Counted from the stretch's first letter, positions 46,230 to 56,958 are shown. The stretch: 64,000 nucleotides of DNA from Candidatus Nomurabacteria bacterium CG1_02_43_90 (GCA_001871765.1 MNVN01000010.1:74-64073), one strand, 5' to 3'. Program-made: numbers and translations. The notes: generated by a model from the letters alone, not told the origin.

Positions 46230-47909
46230 ATGTCTTCTTTTTTATCAAATTACCCCGACCTTACTCAAACACTCCTGAAAAAACGTGGCATCATGACCGT
46301 GGCAGACGCGGAGTACTTTCTGCACCCCGATTTTGAACGCGACGTCCGCGATCCCTTTGGCATTTTGAATATGGAAAAATCGGTCGAGCGTATTTTGCGC
46401 GCGATTGACGGGGGGGAGAGGATTGCTGTCTATGCCGATTATGATTGTGACGGTATTCCTGGCGCGACCCTTTTCAATGATTTTTTGAAAAAAATAAAAT
46501 ATGAAAATTTCGAAGTATACATACCGCATCGAAATACCGAAGGATATGGTTTGAACAACAAAGCACTTGACCTTCTTGCTTCGCGTGGAGCAACACTCAT
46601 CATTACGATTGATTGTGGTATTGCCGACGTAGAAGAAGCTTCACACGCGCTCACTCTTGGTATTGACCTCATTATTACGGACCATCATCTTCCACAAGAT
46701 ATCCTGCCAAAGGCATTTACAATCATCAATTCAAAACAGGGGGATGACACGTATCATGACAATATGCTCTGTGGTGCGGGTGTCGCATGGAAGCTTGTTT
46801 CCGCGTTACTTGCACGCCGAGGTGAAACATGGGGCGTGCCTGCTGGTTGGGAGAAATGGCTTCTCGATATGGCGGGGCTTTCAACGATTGCCGACATGGT
46901 ACCTTTGCAACATGAGAATCGTGCCCTCGCGCAGTATGGTTTACGTGTTCTTCGCAAGTCGCGTCGCCCTGGTCTCCTCGCGCTTCTCGCAAAGATGGAC
47001 ATGCAACAAGCAAATATTGTGGAAGATGATATTGGTTTTATGATTGGTCCACGTATCAACGCGGCAAGCCGTATGGGGGAGCCTATGGATGCATTTCGAC
47101 TTCTCTCCGCAGATACACGCGCAGAAGCAGACATGTATGCAGATAAGCTTATCCATCTCAACGACGCGCGTAAGGGGCTCGTGGCAAGTATGGTTAAAGA
47201 AGCGCGCAAGCATTTAGAGGTGCGTGAACTCCGCGAAATTATCGTTATCGGTAACCCTCTCTGGAAGCCGGGACTCGTCGGACTTGTTGCTTCAAACCTG
47301 GTAGAGGCATACTCGCGAACGGTCTTTGTATGGGGGCGTACCGAGGATGGGGTGATTAAGGGATCATGTCGTTCTGACGGTACGGTCAATGTCGTACACC
47401 TCATGTCGAGTGTACGCGCAGGTGTCTTTGACGGAGTGGGAGGACATGAGGAAGCAGGAGGTTTTTCTGTTTCGAATGACTTCATCCACACTCTTGAAGA
47501 CGAGTTAGTTTTTACCTATCAAACGGTACGCAAAGAAAAAGAAGAGGCCGAGCTTGCCGTCGACGCAACGCTCACTCTCACTGAAGTGAATTGGACGAAC
47601 TGGAGACAAATCGAAATGTTTGCGCCCTTTGGTATGGGTAACCCGAAGCCGACGTTTCTTTTTGAAAACGTGAAACCTACAAATGTACGATACTTTGGAA
47701 AAGAGAAAACACACCTCGAACTTTCCTTTGAGGGTTCGTCTGTGAAAGCAATTTTATTTTTTGCAAAAACAAAAAATGAAGAGAACGCAAAGTACGATTT
47801 TCTTACTCCGGGAATAACTGTTGACCTTATTGCAAGGATGGAACTAAATACGTTTCGTAATAGTCGCGAGTTGCGGTTGAGAATTGTGGAAGTAATAAAA
47901 AGAGCGTAA
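46230..47909 (+). CDS. recJ: Single-stranded-DNA-specific exonuclease RecJ.
   Basis: DHH motifs (IAVYADYDCDGIPG, ITDHH). DHHA1. OB-fold C-terminus. The ORF starts at TTG 46209. ATG 46230 is preferred, 6 nt after the -10 TACAAT. Confidence 0.85.
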   Translation: MSSFLSNYPDLTQTLLKKRGIMTVADAEYFLHPDFERDVRDPFGILNMEKSVERILRAIDGGERIAVYADYDCDGIPGATLFNDFLKKIKYENFEVYIPHRNTEGYGLNNKALDLLASRGATLIITIDCGIADVEEASHALTLGIDLIITDHHLPQDILPKAFTIINSKQGDDTYHDNMLCGAGVAWKLVSALLARRGETWGVPAGWEKWLLDMAGLSTIADMVPLQHENRALAQYGLRVLRKSRRPGLLALLAKMDMQQANIVEDDIGFMIGPRINAASRMGEPMDAFRLLSADTRAEADMYADKLIHLNDARKGLVASMVKEARKHLEVRELREIIVIGNPLWKPGLVGLVASNLVEAYSRTVFVWGRTEDGVIKGSCRSDGTVNVVHLMSSVRAGVFDGVGGHEEAGGFSVSNDFIHTLEDELVFTYQTVRKEKEEAELAVDATLTLTEVNWTNWRQIEMFAPFGMGNPKPTFLFENVKPTNVRYFGKEKTHLELSFEGSSVKAILFFAKTKNEENAKYDFLTPGITVDLIARMELNTFRNSRELRLRIVEVIKRA

Positions 47910-47920
47910 ACTAAATTATT

Positions 47921-48673
47921 ATGGCAACAAAAAAAGGAGAAGTTATTATCTATACAGACGGTTCATCACGAAGGAACCCGGGGCCGGGTGGATGGGGAAG
48001 TATTGTTGCGTACGACGATGGCGGAGAAAAAGTTGTCGAGCTTGGTGGTGGTGAAAACCACACGACAAACAATCGCATGGAGCTCATGGCTGCAATCGAA
48101 GCACTTGCCTTCGTTCGTAACCTCAGTGGTGTGCATGCTGTTGATGTGCGCGCTGACTCGAGCTACGTGATCAATGGTATTACCAAGTGGGTTGCGGGGT
48201 GGGCTCGTAACGGGTGGATGAATAGCAAAAAAGAAGAAGTACTCAATCGTGATTTGTGGGAGGCACTCGCTCTCGTTGTTGCTGATTTGAAAACGAGCGG
48301 ATCAAAAATCTCCTGGCGGTACACGGCGGGGCACAGTGGTATTCCTGGGAACGAACGTGTCGATACTATCGCGACGATGTATGCAGACAAAGAGAAGCCA
48401 AAACTTTTCCAGGGAAGACGAGAGGCATACGAGGTTGATCTTGATAATCTTGAAGTTCGCGCAGGAAGTGCGAAACAAAAAAAGTCCCCTGAAGAAAAAG
48501 CACGACAAAAAATGAAAGCCTATTCATATGTGAGTTTGGTTGAAGGGAAAATTGTGAAACATGCTACCTGGGCAGAGTGCGAGAAGCGGGTGAAAGGAGT
48601 AAGGGCAACAAAATTTAAAAAAGCGGTAAGCGCGGAGGACGAACAATCAATCGTGCGAGAATGGTTGGGGTAG
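47921..48673 (+). CDS. rnhA: Ribonuclease HI with a C-terminal hybrid-binding (Cauli_VI-like) domain.
   Basis: RNase H core IYTDGS...NNRMEL...D. C-terminal YSYVSLVEGKIVKHATWAECEKRVKGVRATKFKKAVSAEDEQSIVREW resembles the RNase H1 HBD. Confidence 0.8.
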   Translation: MATKKGEVIIYTDGSSRRNPGPGGWGSIVAYDDGGEKVVELGGGENHTTNNRMELMAAIEALAFVRNLSGVHAVDVRADSSYVINGITKWVAGWARNGWMNSKKEEVLNRDLWEALALVVADLKTSGSKISWRYTAGHSGIPGNERVDTIATMYADKEKPKLFQGRREAYEVDLDNLEVRAGSAKQKKSPEEKARQKMKAYSYVSLVEGKIVKHATWAECEKRVKGVRATKFKKAVSAEDEQSIVREWLG

Positions 48674-48721
48674 GTCGCGCAGGTTTTTCAAAAAAACGTC
48701 CAGATGAATTCCACGTTTTTT

Positions 48722-48760
48722 AGCATAACAAAAGGCGCAAATAAATTATTTGCGCCTTTT
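48722..48760. terminator. Bidirectional terminator between rnhA and the convergent gene.
   Basis: aaaaggcgcaaataaattatttgcgcctttt. Confidence 0.55.
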
Positions 48761-49253
48761 ACGTCGGACGGTATTTCTTTACAAAAAGAACGGGGAGTTT
48801 TTTGCTGAGAAGTTTTTGTCGCGATTTTGCAAAAAGATTGTAGACGTACTCCCCCCAAGTTTTTCTTTGGTATGCAATTATAAATCCCCATTCATGAAAA
48901 TCATCATCACGGTATATTGTCCCCATGATCCCGATTTGAGATATTTTGCATCCCTTAATGTACTGATATGCTCCAAAGTGGACCAATGATGCAACTTGCC
49001 ACCCCTCCTCTTTTCCCTTGGTGATCATCGAGGCGACGGTGTCGGTTTCTCCTGGGGTTGCGATTGCGATAATGACCGCCTCGGCAGAAGTATTTGTTGA
49101 AAGAAAAAGATATTGTGGGTCTGCTCTTGTTGATTCATCAAAAGAAAGAAACTCTTCCGAACAGTCGTCCCCCGGGAGAAGAATTTCTAGGTGACCCCAT
49201 AGTTCTTCGCCTTTTTCACTCATAACAATAATTGCATGTTGACCGATATCCAT
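48759..49253 (-). CDS. Hypothetical protein (164 aa).
   Basis: ORF only. The 3' end overlaps the terminator hairpin. Confidence 0.4.
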   Translation of the reverse strand: MDIGQHAIIVMSEKGEELWGHLEILLPGDDCSEEFLSFDESTRADPQYLFLSTNTSAEAVIIAIATPGETDTVASMITKGKEEGWQVASLVHFGAYQYIKGCKISQIGIMGTIYRDDDFHEWGFIIAYQRKTWGEYVYNLFAKSRQKLLSKKLPVLFVKKYRPT

Positions 49254-49332
49254 AGAGAGCTCCTAAAAGAAATGTCTTTTATAATGGTAGCAGGTAGGCA
49301 ATCTTTTTCAAAATACGATATTATAGATTACA

Positions 49333-50859
49333 ATGCGCCCAGAATATTTTTTTGGTTTCATGATAAGTTTTATTCTTGGTGTCGGCCTTGAAAGTATTTT
49401 TAACTTTGGACCTAGCCTAGGGGTACTTTGTGTATTTCTCTCACCTCTCCTCTTCCTTTTGTTTCAAAAAGGTACCGGGGGAGTTTCTCGTTTTCTTGTT
49501 TCATTATTGTTTCTTGGGTGTGCGGTGGGGATTTTTCGTGTTGATGTTTCGCACTTAACACAAAATGAAAATACGCTTGCTTCCTTTGTGGGTAATACCG
49601 TAACCGTACAAGGAATTGTTACTGAGGAACCAGATGTCCGAGAGACGTATACCAATATTGTCCTTAAAGCGCAAACTGTCCTTTATGAAAAAAAAGAATA
49701 TGTCCTTGACTCTCCGCTACCTATTTTAGTGAGGGTGCCTGCCTACCCAGAATTTTATTATGGCGACCATGTTCAGTTTGTGGGCAAGGTTGCTGTTCCA
49801 GAAAATTTTGCACCATCGCTCGTGAACAGAGAGAAGGTACCCTCCTTTGACTATAAAACATATCTTGCAAAAGACGGGATTTACTATCAAATGTTTTTCC
49901 CTAAAGCGGAGCTCATTGCGCAAGGGGATGGAAAAAGTATTTTAGAAAGATTATTTAGTATAAAGCGATGGCTGATGGAGAACATCACGAGTATGGTTCC
50001 CGAACCCGAGTCGTCTCTCGCAGGCGGTATCACCCTTGGCACGAAACAGTCTCTTGGGGATGACTTGTTGCAAAAGTTTCGTGAAACGGGAGTTGCGCAT
50101 ATCGTAGTACTGTCGGGGTACAACATTGCAGTTGTCGCGGGGATTATTTCACGTATGATGATTTTTTTACACTCGACACTTCGCCTTGGATTGAGTGCTG
50201 TTGGCGTTATACTTTTTGCGATGATGGTAGGGGGTGGTGCGACCGTCGTACGTGCGACGATTATGGCACTTATTATTATTCTTGCACGTGTGCTCGGGCG
50301 TGAAGGTGATGCGTTGCGCGCACTTGTTCTTGCGGGAGCGATTATGATTTTCATGAACCCTATGATCCTCCTCTTCGATGTTTCTTTTCAACTTTCATTT
50401 TCTGCTACCCTTGCCCTCATCATTTTTGTCCCCGTGATTGAAAAATATTTTTTATTTATCCCCTCGGTTATATTTCGTGAAATACTCGTCACCACAATCG
50501 CTACACAAATTTTTGTGCTCCCCCTCATTCTCTACCACATGGGGAGTGTTTCCCTTATCGGACTCGTCGCGAATATTTTTATTCTTCCGGTGATACCTCT
50601 TGCGATGTTGCTCGTCAGCCTCGTTGCTCTTTTTGCAGGGATTCCCTTTGTGGGAGGTGCACTCGCTTTTATGGCATATGGTATTCTTGCGTATGTAATT
50701 TCTGCAGTGTTATTTTTTGCGAGTGTTCCCTTTGCTTCACTTTCTGGAATTTCGTTTCCCCCCTCCGCTCTTCTTTCTATGTATATTATTTTTAGTTTTT
50801 TAATTCTTCGCCATTTTCACAAAACACAACAAGAGGAAAAATCAGCACATGAGTTTTAA
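49333..50859 (+). CDS. comEC: ComEC/Rec2 DNA-internalisation channel (DUF4131 plus competence domain); lacks the MBL domain.
   Basis: Polytopic membrane protein with the VVLSGYNIAVVAGII core. Confidence 0.8.
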   Translation: MRPEYFFGFMISFILGVGLESIFNFGPSLGVLCVFLSPLLFLLFQKGTGGVSRFLVSLLFLGCAVGIFRVDVSHLTQNENTLASFVGNTVTVQGIVTEEPDVRETYTNIVLKAQTVLYEKKEYVLDSPLPILVRVPAYPEFYYGDHVQFVGKVAVPENFAPSLVNREKVPSFDYKTYLAKDGIYYQMFFPKAELIAQGDGKSILERLFSIKRWLMENITSMVPEPESSLAGGITLGTKQSLGDDLLQKFRETGVAHIVVLSGYNIAVVAGIISRMMIFLHSTLRLGLSAVGVILFAMMVGGGATVVRATIMALIIILARVLGREGDALRALVLAGAIMIFMNPMILLFDVSFQLSFSATLALIIFVPVIEKYFLFIPSVIFREILVTTIATQIFVLPLILYHMGSVSLIGLVANIFILPVIPLAMLLVSLVALFAGIPFVGGALAFMAYGILAYVISAVLFFASVPFASLSGISFPPSALLSMYIIFSFLILRHFHKTQQEEKSAHEF

Positions 50860-51483
50860 CTAATTTTCAACCTCGCGAATAATTTCTTCACTATTGAGAT
50901 AGCGATAAAAAAGAAAAACAACAATGAGTGCGACGAGGACGAGGACGACGGCGTAGTGCCCAAAGAGATCAGAAGACTTCCCAAAAAAATATCCCATTGC
51001 AATAAACACGAGTGACCAGATTGCGGAGGCGATAACCATAAGTGTTGCAAAAAGTGGACGAGACATTTTTCCCAGCCCTGCAGAAACAGGAACGAATACT
51101 TTTATCGCGGGAAGAAGTTTGCCAATAAAAATAAACCACGCTCCTTTTTTGTGAAAGGCGAGCTCTACTTTTTCAAGTTCACGTAGGGGGAAAATTTTCA
51201 TGCGTGCAATAAACGTGCGCCCGTATTTTCGGGTAAGTTCGTAGAGGATGATCGTACCAACCGTATTGCCGAGAGTTCCGGCGACAACAACGGGGAGAAG
51301 TGCGAGGTCTCCTTGCGCAACAAAGTACCCAGCAATAATATAGAGCACTTGGCTTGAAGGAAATGATACCGCACCATTCGTAATCATGAGAAGGAAAATC
51401 CCCGCGTACCCTGCAAAAGAAATAATGGTCTCAATAGAAATGTGATCAATCATAATGGTATGATACCAGAGATGACAGCACAA
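50860..51483 (-). CDS. DedA/SNARE-associated family membrane protein.
   Basis: GTLGNTVGTIILYELTRKYGRTF...FIGKLLPAIKVFVPVSAG. Confidence 0.75.
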   Translation of the reverse strand: MCCHLWYHTIMIDHISIETIISFAGYAGIFLLMITNGAVSFPSSQVLYIIAGYFVAQGDLALLPVVVAGTLGNTVGTIILYELTRKYGRTFIARMKIFPLRELEKVELAFHKKGAWFIFIGKLLPAIKVFVPVSAGLGKMSRPLFATLMVIASAIWSLVFIAMGYFFGKSSDLFGHYAVVLVLVALIVVFLFYRYLNSEEIIREVEN

Positions 51484-52377
51484 AACCTAGCCCCGAATTA
51501 TGTAGTAGTAAAAAAGGCGCGCGCAAAAAAAGCAAAGATTCAAGCGGGAGTACTCGCTATCTTTTTGATCTTAAATATTTTTATCTGGACGACAACGTTT
51601 CACACAGACAGACACGGGGAGTTGACCGTCGCATTTCTTGATGTTGGGCAAGGGGACGCAATTTTTATCGAAGCACCAAACGGAAACCAAGTCCTCATCG
51701 ACGGTGGGCCTTCGGGAAGCGCGACCTTGCGTGCGCTCGGACAGGTTATGCCATTTTGGGATCGTTCACTCGACCTTGTACTCGCCACTCACCCTGACCA
51801 AGATCATGTGGGTGGCCTCCCCTCGGTGATTGGCCGTATACAGGTGGGAAACGTTATGACAACAGAAAATACCGCAAGCACCGGTGCCTACGATGCCTTT
51901 TCAAAAATTATTACCGAACAACAAATTCGTCATATTCGTGCGCGTACGGGCGAGCGCATTATTTTAGACCAGGGCGTTGTACTTGAAATATTGTTCCCTG
52001 ACCGCAATACGGCAGGGTGGGAAACCAATACAAGTTCTATCGTCGCACGACTTTCCTATGGCAATGAATCATTCCTTTTTACGGGTGATTTACCACAAGA
52101 GGTAGAAAAATATGTGGTAGGAAAAGAGGGGTCAGCTCTCCATTCAAATATTCTTAAGCTAGGACATCATGGTTCTCGTACTTCGAGTTCGCGTATTTTT
52201 ATTTCTGCCGTCAATCCTGACTATGCAGTTATCTCGGCAGGCAAAGACAATAAGTATGGACACCCCCACCAAGAAGTAATTGATCTGATTTCCGAACTCA
52301 AAATCCCCACGGTTAGTACGATAGACCACGGCACCATTATCTTTAAAACAAACGCAGGAGAAATTAAAATTGAATAA
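51460..52377 (+). CDS. Membrane-anchored MBL-fold metallo-hydrolase, equivalent to the ComEC C-terminal domain as a separate gene.
   Basis: LDVGQGDAIFIEAPNGNQVLIDGG...LVLATHPDQDHVGGL...KLGHHGS. The ORF opens at GTG 51442. First ATGs at 51460 and 51472. Overlaps the dedA start. Confidence 0.7.
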   Translation: MIPEMTAQNLAPNYVVVKKARAKKAKIQAGVLAIFLILNIFIWTTTFHTDRHGELTVAFLDVGQGDAIFIEAPNGNQVLIDGGPSGSATLRALGQVMPFWDRSLDLVLATHPDQDHVGGLPSVIGRIQVGNVMTTENTASTGAYDAFSKIITEQQIRHIRARTGERIILDQGVVLEILFPDRNTAGWETNTSSIVARLSYGNESFLFTGDLPQEVEKYVVGKEGSALHSNILKLGHHGSRTSSSRIFISAVNPDYAVISAGKDNKYGHPHQEVIDLISELKIPTVSTIDHGTIIFKTNAGEIKIE

Positions 52378-52410
52378 AAAAAACGCGTCATCGACGCGTT
52401 TTTTATTGAG
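52378..52410. terminator. Bidirectional terminator.
   Basis: aaaaaaacgcgtcatcgacgcgtttttt. Confidence 0.55.
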
Positions 52411-52412
52411 GA

Positions 52413-52622
52413 TTAAGATATGACCTGAATCTTTGTATGCTTTCCGACTTTCATACACTTGGTGCAGATCTTGATACGGGATCCATCAGAAAGAGGTGCC
52501 CATTGGAGGTTAGGGTATTTACGCTTATTTCCCGTAGGATTATATTTGGTTGCGCGAACGCGATTAGAGTAGTGACCTACAATAATAGTACCTTTCCCGC
52601 AAGTTGGACATGATTTTGCCAT
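52413..52622 (-). CDS. rpmB: 50S ribosomal protein L28.
   Basis: MAKSCPTCGKG...VRATKYNPTGN. Confidence 0.85.
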   Translation of the reverse strand: MAKSCPTCGKGTIIVGHYSNRVRATKYNPTGNKRKYPNLQWAPLSDGSRIKICTKCMKVGKHTKIQVIS

Positions 52623-52766
52623 AGTTTTCTTGTTAGTCCTTGTATGCTATCATAGATAAGTATTTTTGCAAGCCCACGCAAGCTATTCCTTATAAGATCT
52701 TAGCTTTTTGGTACGCAAATGCAACGGTAAACACTTACTATCTGAAAGTTTAACCCATTTCTCCTT

Positions 52767-53390
52767 ATGCAAATCGAAACATTATTTTTCCTCGTTATCC
52801 TTATTTTTTCTGTTATTATTCATGAAATTGCCCATGGTTTTGTTGCTGAAATGATGGGTGATAAAACAGCACGTCTCGCAGGACGCCTTACCTTAAACCC
52901 TGCAAAACATATCGACCCTATGGGTTCGATTATTCTCCCGGCGCTCATGCTTATTGGTTCTGGGGGGAAGTTCGTGTTTGGGTGGGCGAAACCAGTTCCC
53001 TACAACCCCTATAATTTAAGGAATTTTAAATGGGGGACAGCTCTTGTGGGTATTGCGGGCGCACTTGCAAACCTCCTGGTCGCTATTATCTTTGGGTTAA
53101 TGCTCCGCTACCATAGCATGCTCGGTATTACGGCGGGCCCGTTCTCTGATATTTTAGGAACAATTGTCTATACCAATATTATTCTTGCTGTCTTTAACCT
53201 CATTCCTTTCCCTCCTCTTGATGGGGCAAAAGTACTGTTTGCTTTTTTACCGTATCGTTTTCAACAAATTCATGATTATTTAGAGCAAAACTGGGTGCTC
53301 TTTATTGTTTTTGTATTCTTTTTCGCTCAATATATCATCTCGCCGATTTCAGGGTTATTGTTTCGAGTGATTACGGGTTATTCACTATAA
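52767..53390 (+). CDS. Site-2-protease/M50-family membrane metallopeptidase.
   Basis: HEIAHG motif in a TM helix. Second LDG motif. Confidence 0.75.
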   Translation: MQIETLFFLVILIFSVIIHEIAHGFVAEMMGDKTARLAGRLTLNPAKHIDPMGSIILPALMLIGSGGKFVFGWAKPVPYNPYNLRNFKWGTALVGIAGALANLLVAIIFGLMLRYHSMLGITAGPFSDILGTIVYTNIILAVFNLIPFPPLDGAKVLFAFLPYRFQQIHDYLEQNWVLFIVFVFFFAQYIISPISGLLFRVITGYSL

Positions 53391-53516
53391 GAGGGGCACT
53401 AGAATACTGGTAAACAAATGTTTTGGGGCGGGGCTATTTTGTGTGCATAACCTCACATACATATTGCACTCTTTGGGAAGCCAAAGAAATAAGGATATTC
53501 AATCAAAACAAAGTAC

Positions 53517-53545
53517 TTGCATTTTTTGACACTCTATAGTAGAGT
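53517..53545 (+). promoter_or_regulatory. Sigma70-like promoter TTGCAT-N17-TAGAGT upstream of rpsL.
   Basis: cTTGCATtttttgacactctatagTAGAGTatc. The same hexamer pair occurs upstream of rpsO. Confidence 0.35.
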
Positions 53546-53591
53546 ATCTGCACTCGACCGTACCTTCGGCTAGTTTCAATTTTATTTATAT

Positions 53592-54023
53592 ATGCCAACA
53601 ATTAAACAACTTACCAAGCGCCCTCGCAAGACTCCTATTAAGAAGTCTCGTTCTCAGGCGCTCCTCAAAAGTTTTAATAGTGTTTTGAACAAGCCGGTAT
53701 ACCACAACTCTCCTTTTAAGCGTGGAGTGTGTATGAAGGTTACAACCACGACACCAAAGAAGCCTAACTCTGCGCTTCGTAAAATAGCCCGCGTTCGTTT
53801 AACGAACGGCATGGAAGTGACGGCGTATATCCCAGGTATGGGACACAAGCTCCAAGAACACTCCGTGGTTATGATTCGCGGTGGTCGCGTAAAGGATCTC
53901 GGCGGTGTGCGGTATCATATTGTGCGTGGTGTCCTCGATGCAACAGCTGTTGAGAAACGTATGAAGGGTCGTAGTCAGTATGGTGCAAAGCGCCCAAAAG
54001 CAGGTGCTGCCGCTAAAAAATAG
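53592..54023 (+). CDS. rpsL: 30S ribosomal protein S12.
   Basis: MPTIKQL...[10 protein letters not shown]...[14 protein letters not shown]-like core, with a short insertion. Confidence 0.9.
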   Translation: MPTIKQLTKRPRKTPIKKSRSQALLKSFNSVLNKPVYHNSPFKRGVCMKVTTTTPKKPNSALRKIARVRLTNGMEVTAYIPGMGHKLQEHSVVMIRGGRVKDLGGVRYHIVRGVLDATAVEKRMKGRSQYGAKRPKAGAAAKK

Positions 54024-54034
54024 TAAAAATAATT

Positions 54035-54505
54035 ATGCGTAGAAAAGTAAAAAATCGTAATATCCCTGGAGAAGATCTTCTCTATAAATCAGAAAAAGTT
54101 GAAAAACTTATCAACTACGTTATGGAACGTGGGAAAAAGAACACCGCACGCACAATTGTGTACGGAGCTTTTGAGATCATGAAAGAAAAAAAGAAGGAAA
54201 TGGAACCCCTTGAAGTTTTTGAACTTGCGGTGAAGAACGCAGGACCTCTTATGGAGATTCGTTCACGCCGTGTTGGTGGCGCAAACTACCAAGTTCCTCG
54301 TGAAGTTCGTCCTGAACGTCGCTTTTCACTTGCGATGCGCTGGATTATTGGTGCCGCAAAGTCAAAGAAGGGTCGCCCTATGCATGAGAAGCTTGCTGAT
54401 GAACTCCTTGCTGCAAGTAACAATGAGGGTGAGGCAGTGAAGAAACGCGACAATACCCACCGTATGGCCGATGCCAACAAAGCATTTGCACACTTCGCGT
54501 GGTAG
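54035..54505 (+). CDS. rpsG: 30S ribosomal protein S7.
   Basis: ...ERGKKNTARTIVYGAFEIM...ANKAFAHFAW. Confidence 0.9.
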   Translation: MRRKVKNRNIPGEDLLYKSEKVEKLINYVMERGKKNTARTIVYGAFEIMKEKKKEMEPLEVFELAVKNAGPLMEIRSRRVGGANYQVPREVRPERRFSLAMRWIIGAAKSKKGRPMHEKLADELLAASNNEGEAVKKRDNTHRMADANKAFAHFAW

Positions 54506-54800
54506 TGATTTTCTCGTTTCAACACAGAGCACCTCTTGTTTCTTTCACAATAAAAACTAGGTTACGGTAGTGGTTTAATTATTTTTTTAAACATCATTTA
54601 TATGAATTTTGAACAACCTATTCCTCAGCAAGAACTTCGCAAGAAGTAGTTATTGACCTTTCTCCAGAAGCAAAAGAATTTTTGCCTGAAACGGACGAAT
54701 TGATTGACTTAAACGACCCATTCCCCCAAGCACCAGAAGAGAAAGAACCAGTTGTATTGTAAAAAGTTTCTAATTATTTAATTTATAAATCTTATCAATC

Positions 54801-56945
54801 ATGGACCGAGACTATCCTTTAGAAAAAGTGCGCAATTTTGGAATCATCGCTCATATCGATGCGGGTAAAACAACAACATCGGAGCGTATTTTGTTTTATA
54901 CGGGTATGACCCACAAGATTGGTGAGGTTCATGAAGGAGAGACGACCACTGACTGGATGGAGCAGGAGCGTGAACGCGGTATTACGATTACCGCAGCGGC
55001 TATTACCTGTTTTTGGAACAAGACAGATGAGGCAAAGGCGAAAGAAAATCTCTCGCGTTTTAATATTATTGACACCCCAGGGCATATCGACTTTACGGTA
55101 GAGGTAAAGCGTTCCCTCCGCGTACTCGACGGCGCCGTCGTTGTCTTTGATGGTGTTGCAGGAGTAGAGCCACAGTCAGAAACCAACTGGCGTTACGCAG
55201 ATGAAGCACAGGTCCCTCGTATTTGTTTCATCAACAAGCTCGACCGCACAGGAGCATCTTTTGAGCGTTCATATGCGTCAATTTTGGACAGACTCAATAC
55301 AAAAGCAGTTCGCATGCAAATCCCCGTAGGACTAGAAGATGAGTTTGAGGGAGTTATTGATCTTCTCAAGATGAAGATGTACAAGTTTGAAGGTGATATG
55401 GGAATCAGTGTTGTCGAAGCAGAAATTCCCGAGAAATATCTCGCTGAAGCAAAGCAATTCCGTGCTGACCTCATTGAACGCATTGTTGAAAATGACGAAG
55501 TACTCATGAATGACTACTTGGAAGGGAAGGAAATTCCGATTGATATTTTGAAAGCAACACTCCGTAAGGCAGTGATTAAGAACGAAATATTCCCCGTATA
55601 TGCAGGTTCTGCACTTAAGAATAAAGGGGTACAACTTGTTCTTGACGCCGTCGTAGACTACCTCCCTTCTCCTATGGACATTCCCGCTATTCACGGTATC
55701 GACCCTCGCACTGGCGCGGAAATCGACCGTCATCCTTCAGACAAAGAGCCATTTACTGCTCTCGCATTTAAACTTCAAGCAGATCCTTTTGTGGGACAGC
55801 TTACTTTCTTCCGTGTTTACTCAGGTACGGTAGAGGCTGGTTCGTATGTATACAATACTACGACGGGAGAAAAAGAGCGTGTAGGTCGCATGGTGCGCCT
55901 ACAGGCCGACTCTCGCGAGGAAGTAAAAAAGGTTTTTGCAGGAGAAATTGCCGCAATGGTTGGCCTCAAAAACACCCGCACATCACACACTCTTTGCGAT
56001 GAAGCGAACCCAATTATTCTTGAGGAAATCAAATTCCCTGAACCAGTTATTTCGCTTCGTATTGAACCAAAGACAAAAGCCGATCAAGAGAAAATGGGTA
56101 TGGCACTCAAGAAGCTCGCTGATGAAGATCCAACATTCCGTATCTCAACCGACGAAGAAACCATGGAAACCATTATTTCCGGTATGGGAGAACTTCACCT
56201 TGAGATTCTTGTTGACCGCATGAAGCGTGAGTTTAACGTAGAAGCAAATGTGGGCAAGCCACAGGTTGCCTACAAAGAAACGATTACCAAATCTGCAGAA
56301 GCAGAGTGTAAATACTTGAAACAGACGGGTGGTCGCGGACAGTATGGACACGTAAAGATTCGCATCAAGCCTATCGACAAGTCTATTGCTATTGAGGATC
56401 TTCCAAAACAAACCAAGCGTCGTGATGATCACTTCGAGTTCACGAACTCCATCAAGGGTGGGGTGATTCCTCAGGAATTTATTGCGCCAGTAGAAAAAGG
56501 TATTATTGAAGCAATGGACCGCGGGGTACAAGCAGGATACAAAGTAGTAGATATTTCTGCTGAACTTTACGATGGCTCATTCCATGAGGTTGACTCTTCG
56601 GAAATCGCCTTCAAGATTGCAGGTTCACAAGCGTTCCAGGAAGCGGTAAAGAAGGCAGGTCCTGTAATCCTTGAGCCTATTATGAAGGTTGAGATCGTTA
56701 TGCCTGAGCAATTCATGGGTGATGTTGCGGGTAACCTTTCTTCAAAGCGCGCACAGATTGAAGGGATGGGAGAGCGTGGCATGATGAAGGTCCTCACCGC
56801 CCTTGTTCCTCTCTCTGAAATGTTTGGCTACACGACATCTCTTCGTTCTCTGACCGAAGGACGCGCTTCCTCAACAATGGAGTTCGACCACTATGATATC
56901 GTGCCTGCAAACGTTGCACTCACGATTATCGAGAGTCGCAAGTAG
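54801..56945 (+). CDS. fusA: Elongation factor G.
   Basis: [15 protein letters not shown]...DTPGHIDF. Confidence 0.95.
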   Translation: MDRDYPLEKVRNFGIIAHIDAGKTTTSERILFYTGMTHKIGEVHEGETTTDWMEQERERGITITAAAITCFWNKTDEAKAKENLSRFNIIDTPGHIDFTVEVKRSLRVLDGAVVVFDGVAGVEPQSETNWRYADEAQVPRICFINKLDRTGASFERSYASILDRLNTKAVRMQIPVGLEDEFEGVIDLLKMKMYKFEGDMGISVVEAEIPEKYLAEAKQFRADLIERIVENDEVLMNDYLEGKEIPIDILKATLRKAVIKNEIFPVYAGSALKNKGVQLVLDAVVDYLPSPMDIPAIHGIDPRTGAEIDRHPSDKEPFTALAFKLQADPFVGQLTFFRVYSGTVEAGSYVYNTTTGEKERVGRMVRLQADSREEVKKVFAGEIAAMVGLKNTRTSHTLCDEANPIILEEIKFPEPVISLRIEPKTKADQEKMGMALKKLADEDPTFRISTDEETMETIISGMGELHLEILVDRMKREFNVEANVGKPQVAYKETITKSAEAECKYLKQTGGRGQYGHVKIRIKPIDKSIAIEDLPKQTKRRDDHFEFTNSIKGGVIPQEFIAPVEKGIIEAMDRGVQAGYKVVDISAELYDGSFHEVDSSEIAFKIAGSQAFQEAVKKAGPVILEPIMKVEIVMPEQFMGDVAGNLSSKRAQIEGMGERGMMKVLTALVPLSEMFGYTTSLRSLTEGRASSTMEFDHYDIVPANVALTIIESRK

Positions 56946-56958
56946 GTTTTTAATTCAA

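Noticed and set aside
46754-47491. A 245-aa minus-strand ORF inside recJ.
   Set aside because: It lies fully antisense to a well-supported gene and has Ser/Arg/Pro-rich non-protein-like composition. Such antisense ORFs are typical of GC-skewed codon third positions. The same applies to 35791-36399(+) inside nusA, 29105-29521(+) inside rny, 49887-50354(-) inside comEC, 16015-16377(-) inside xerC and 23981-24334(-) over tRNA-Arg.
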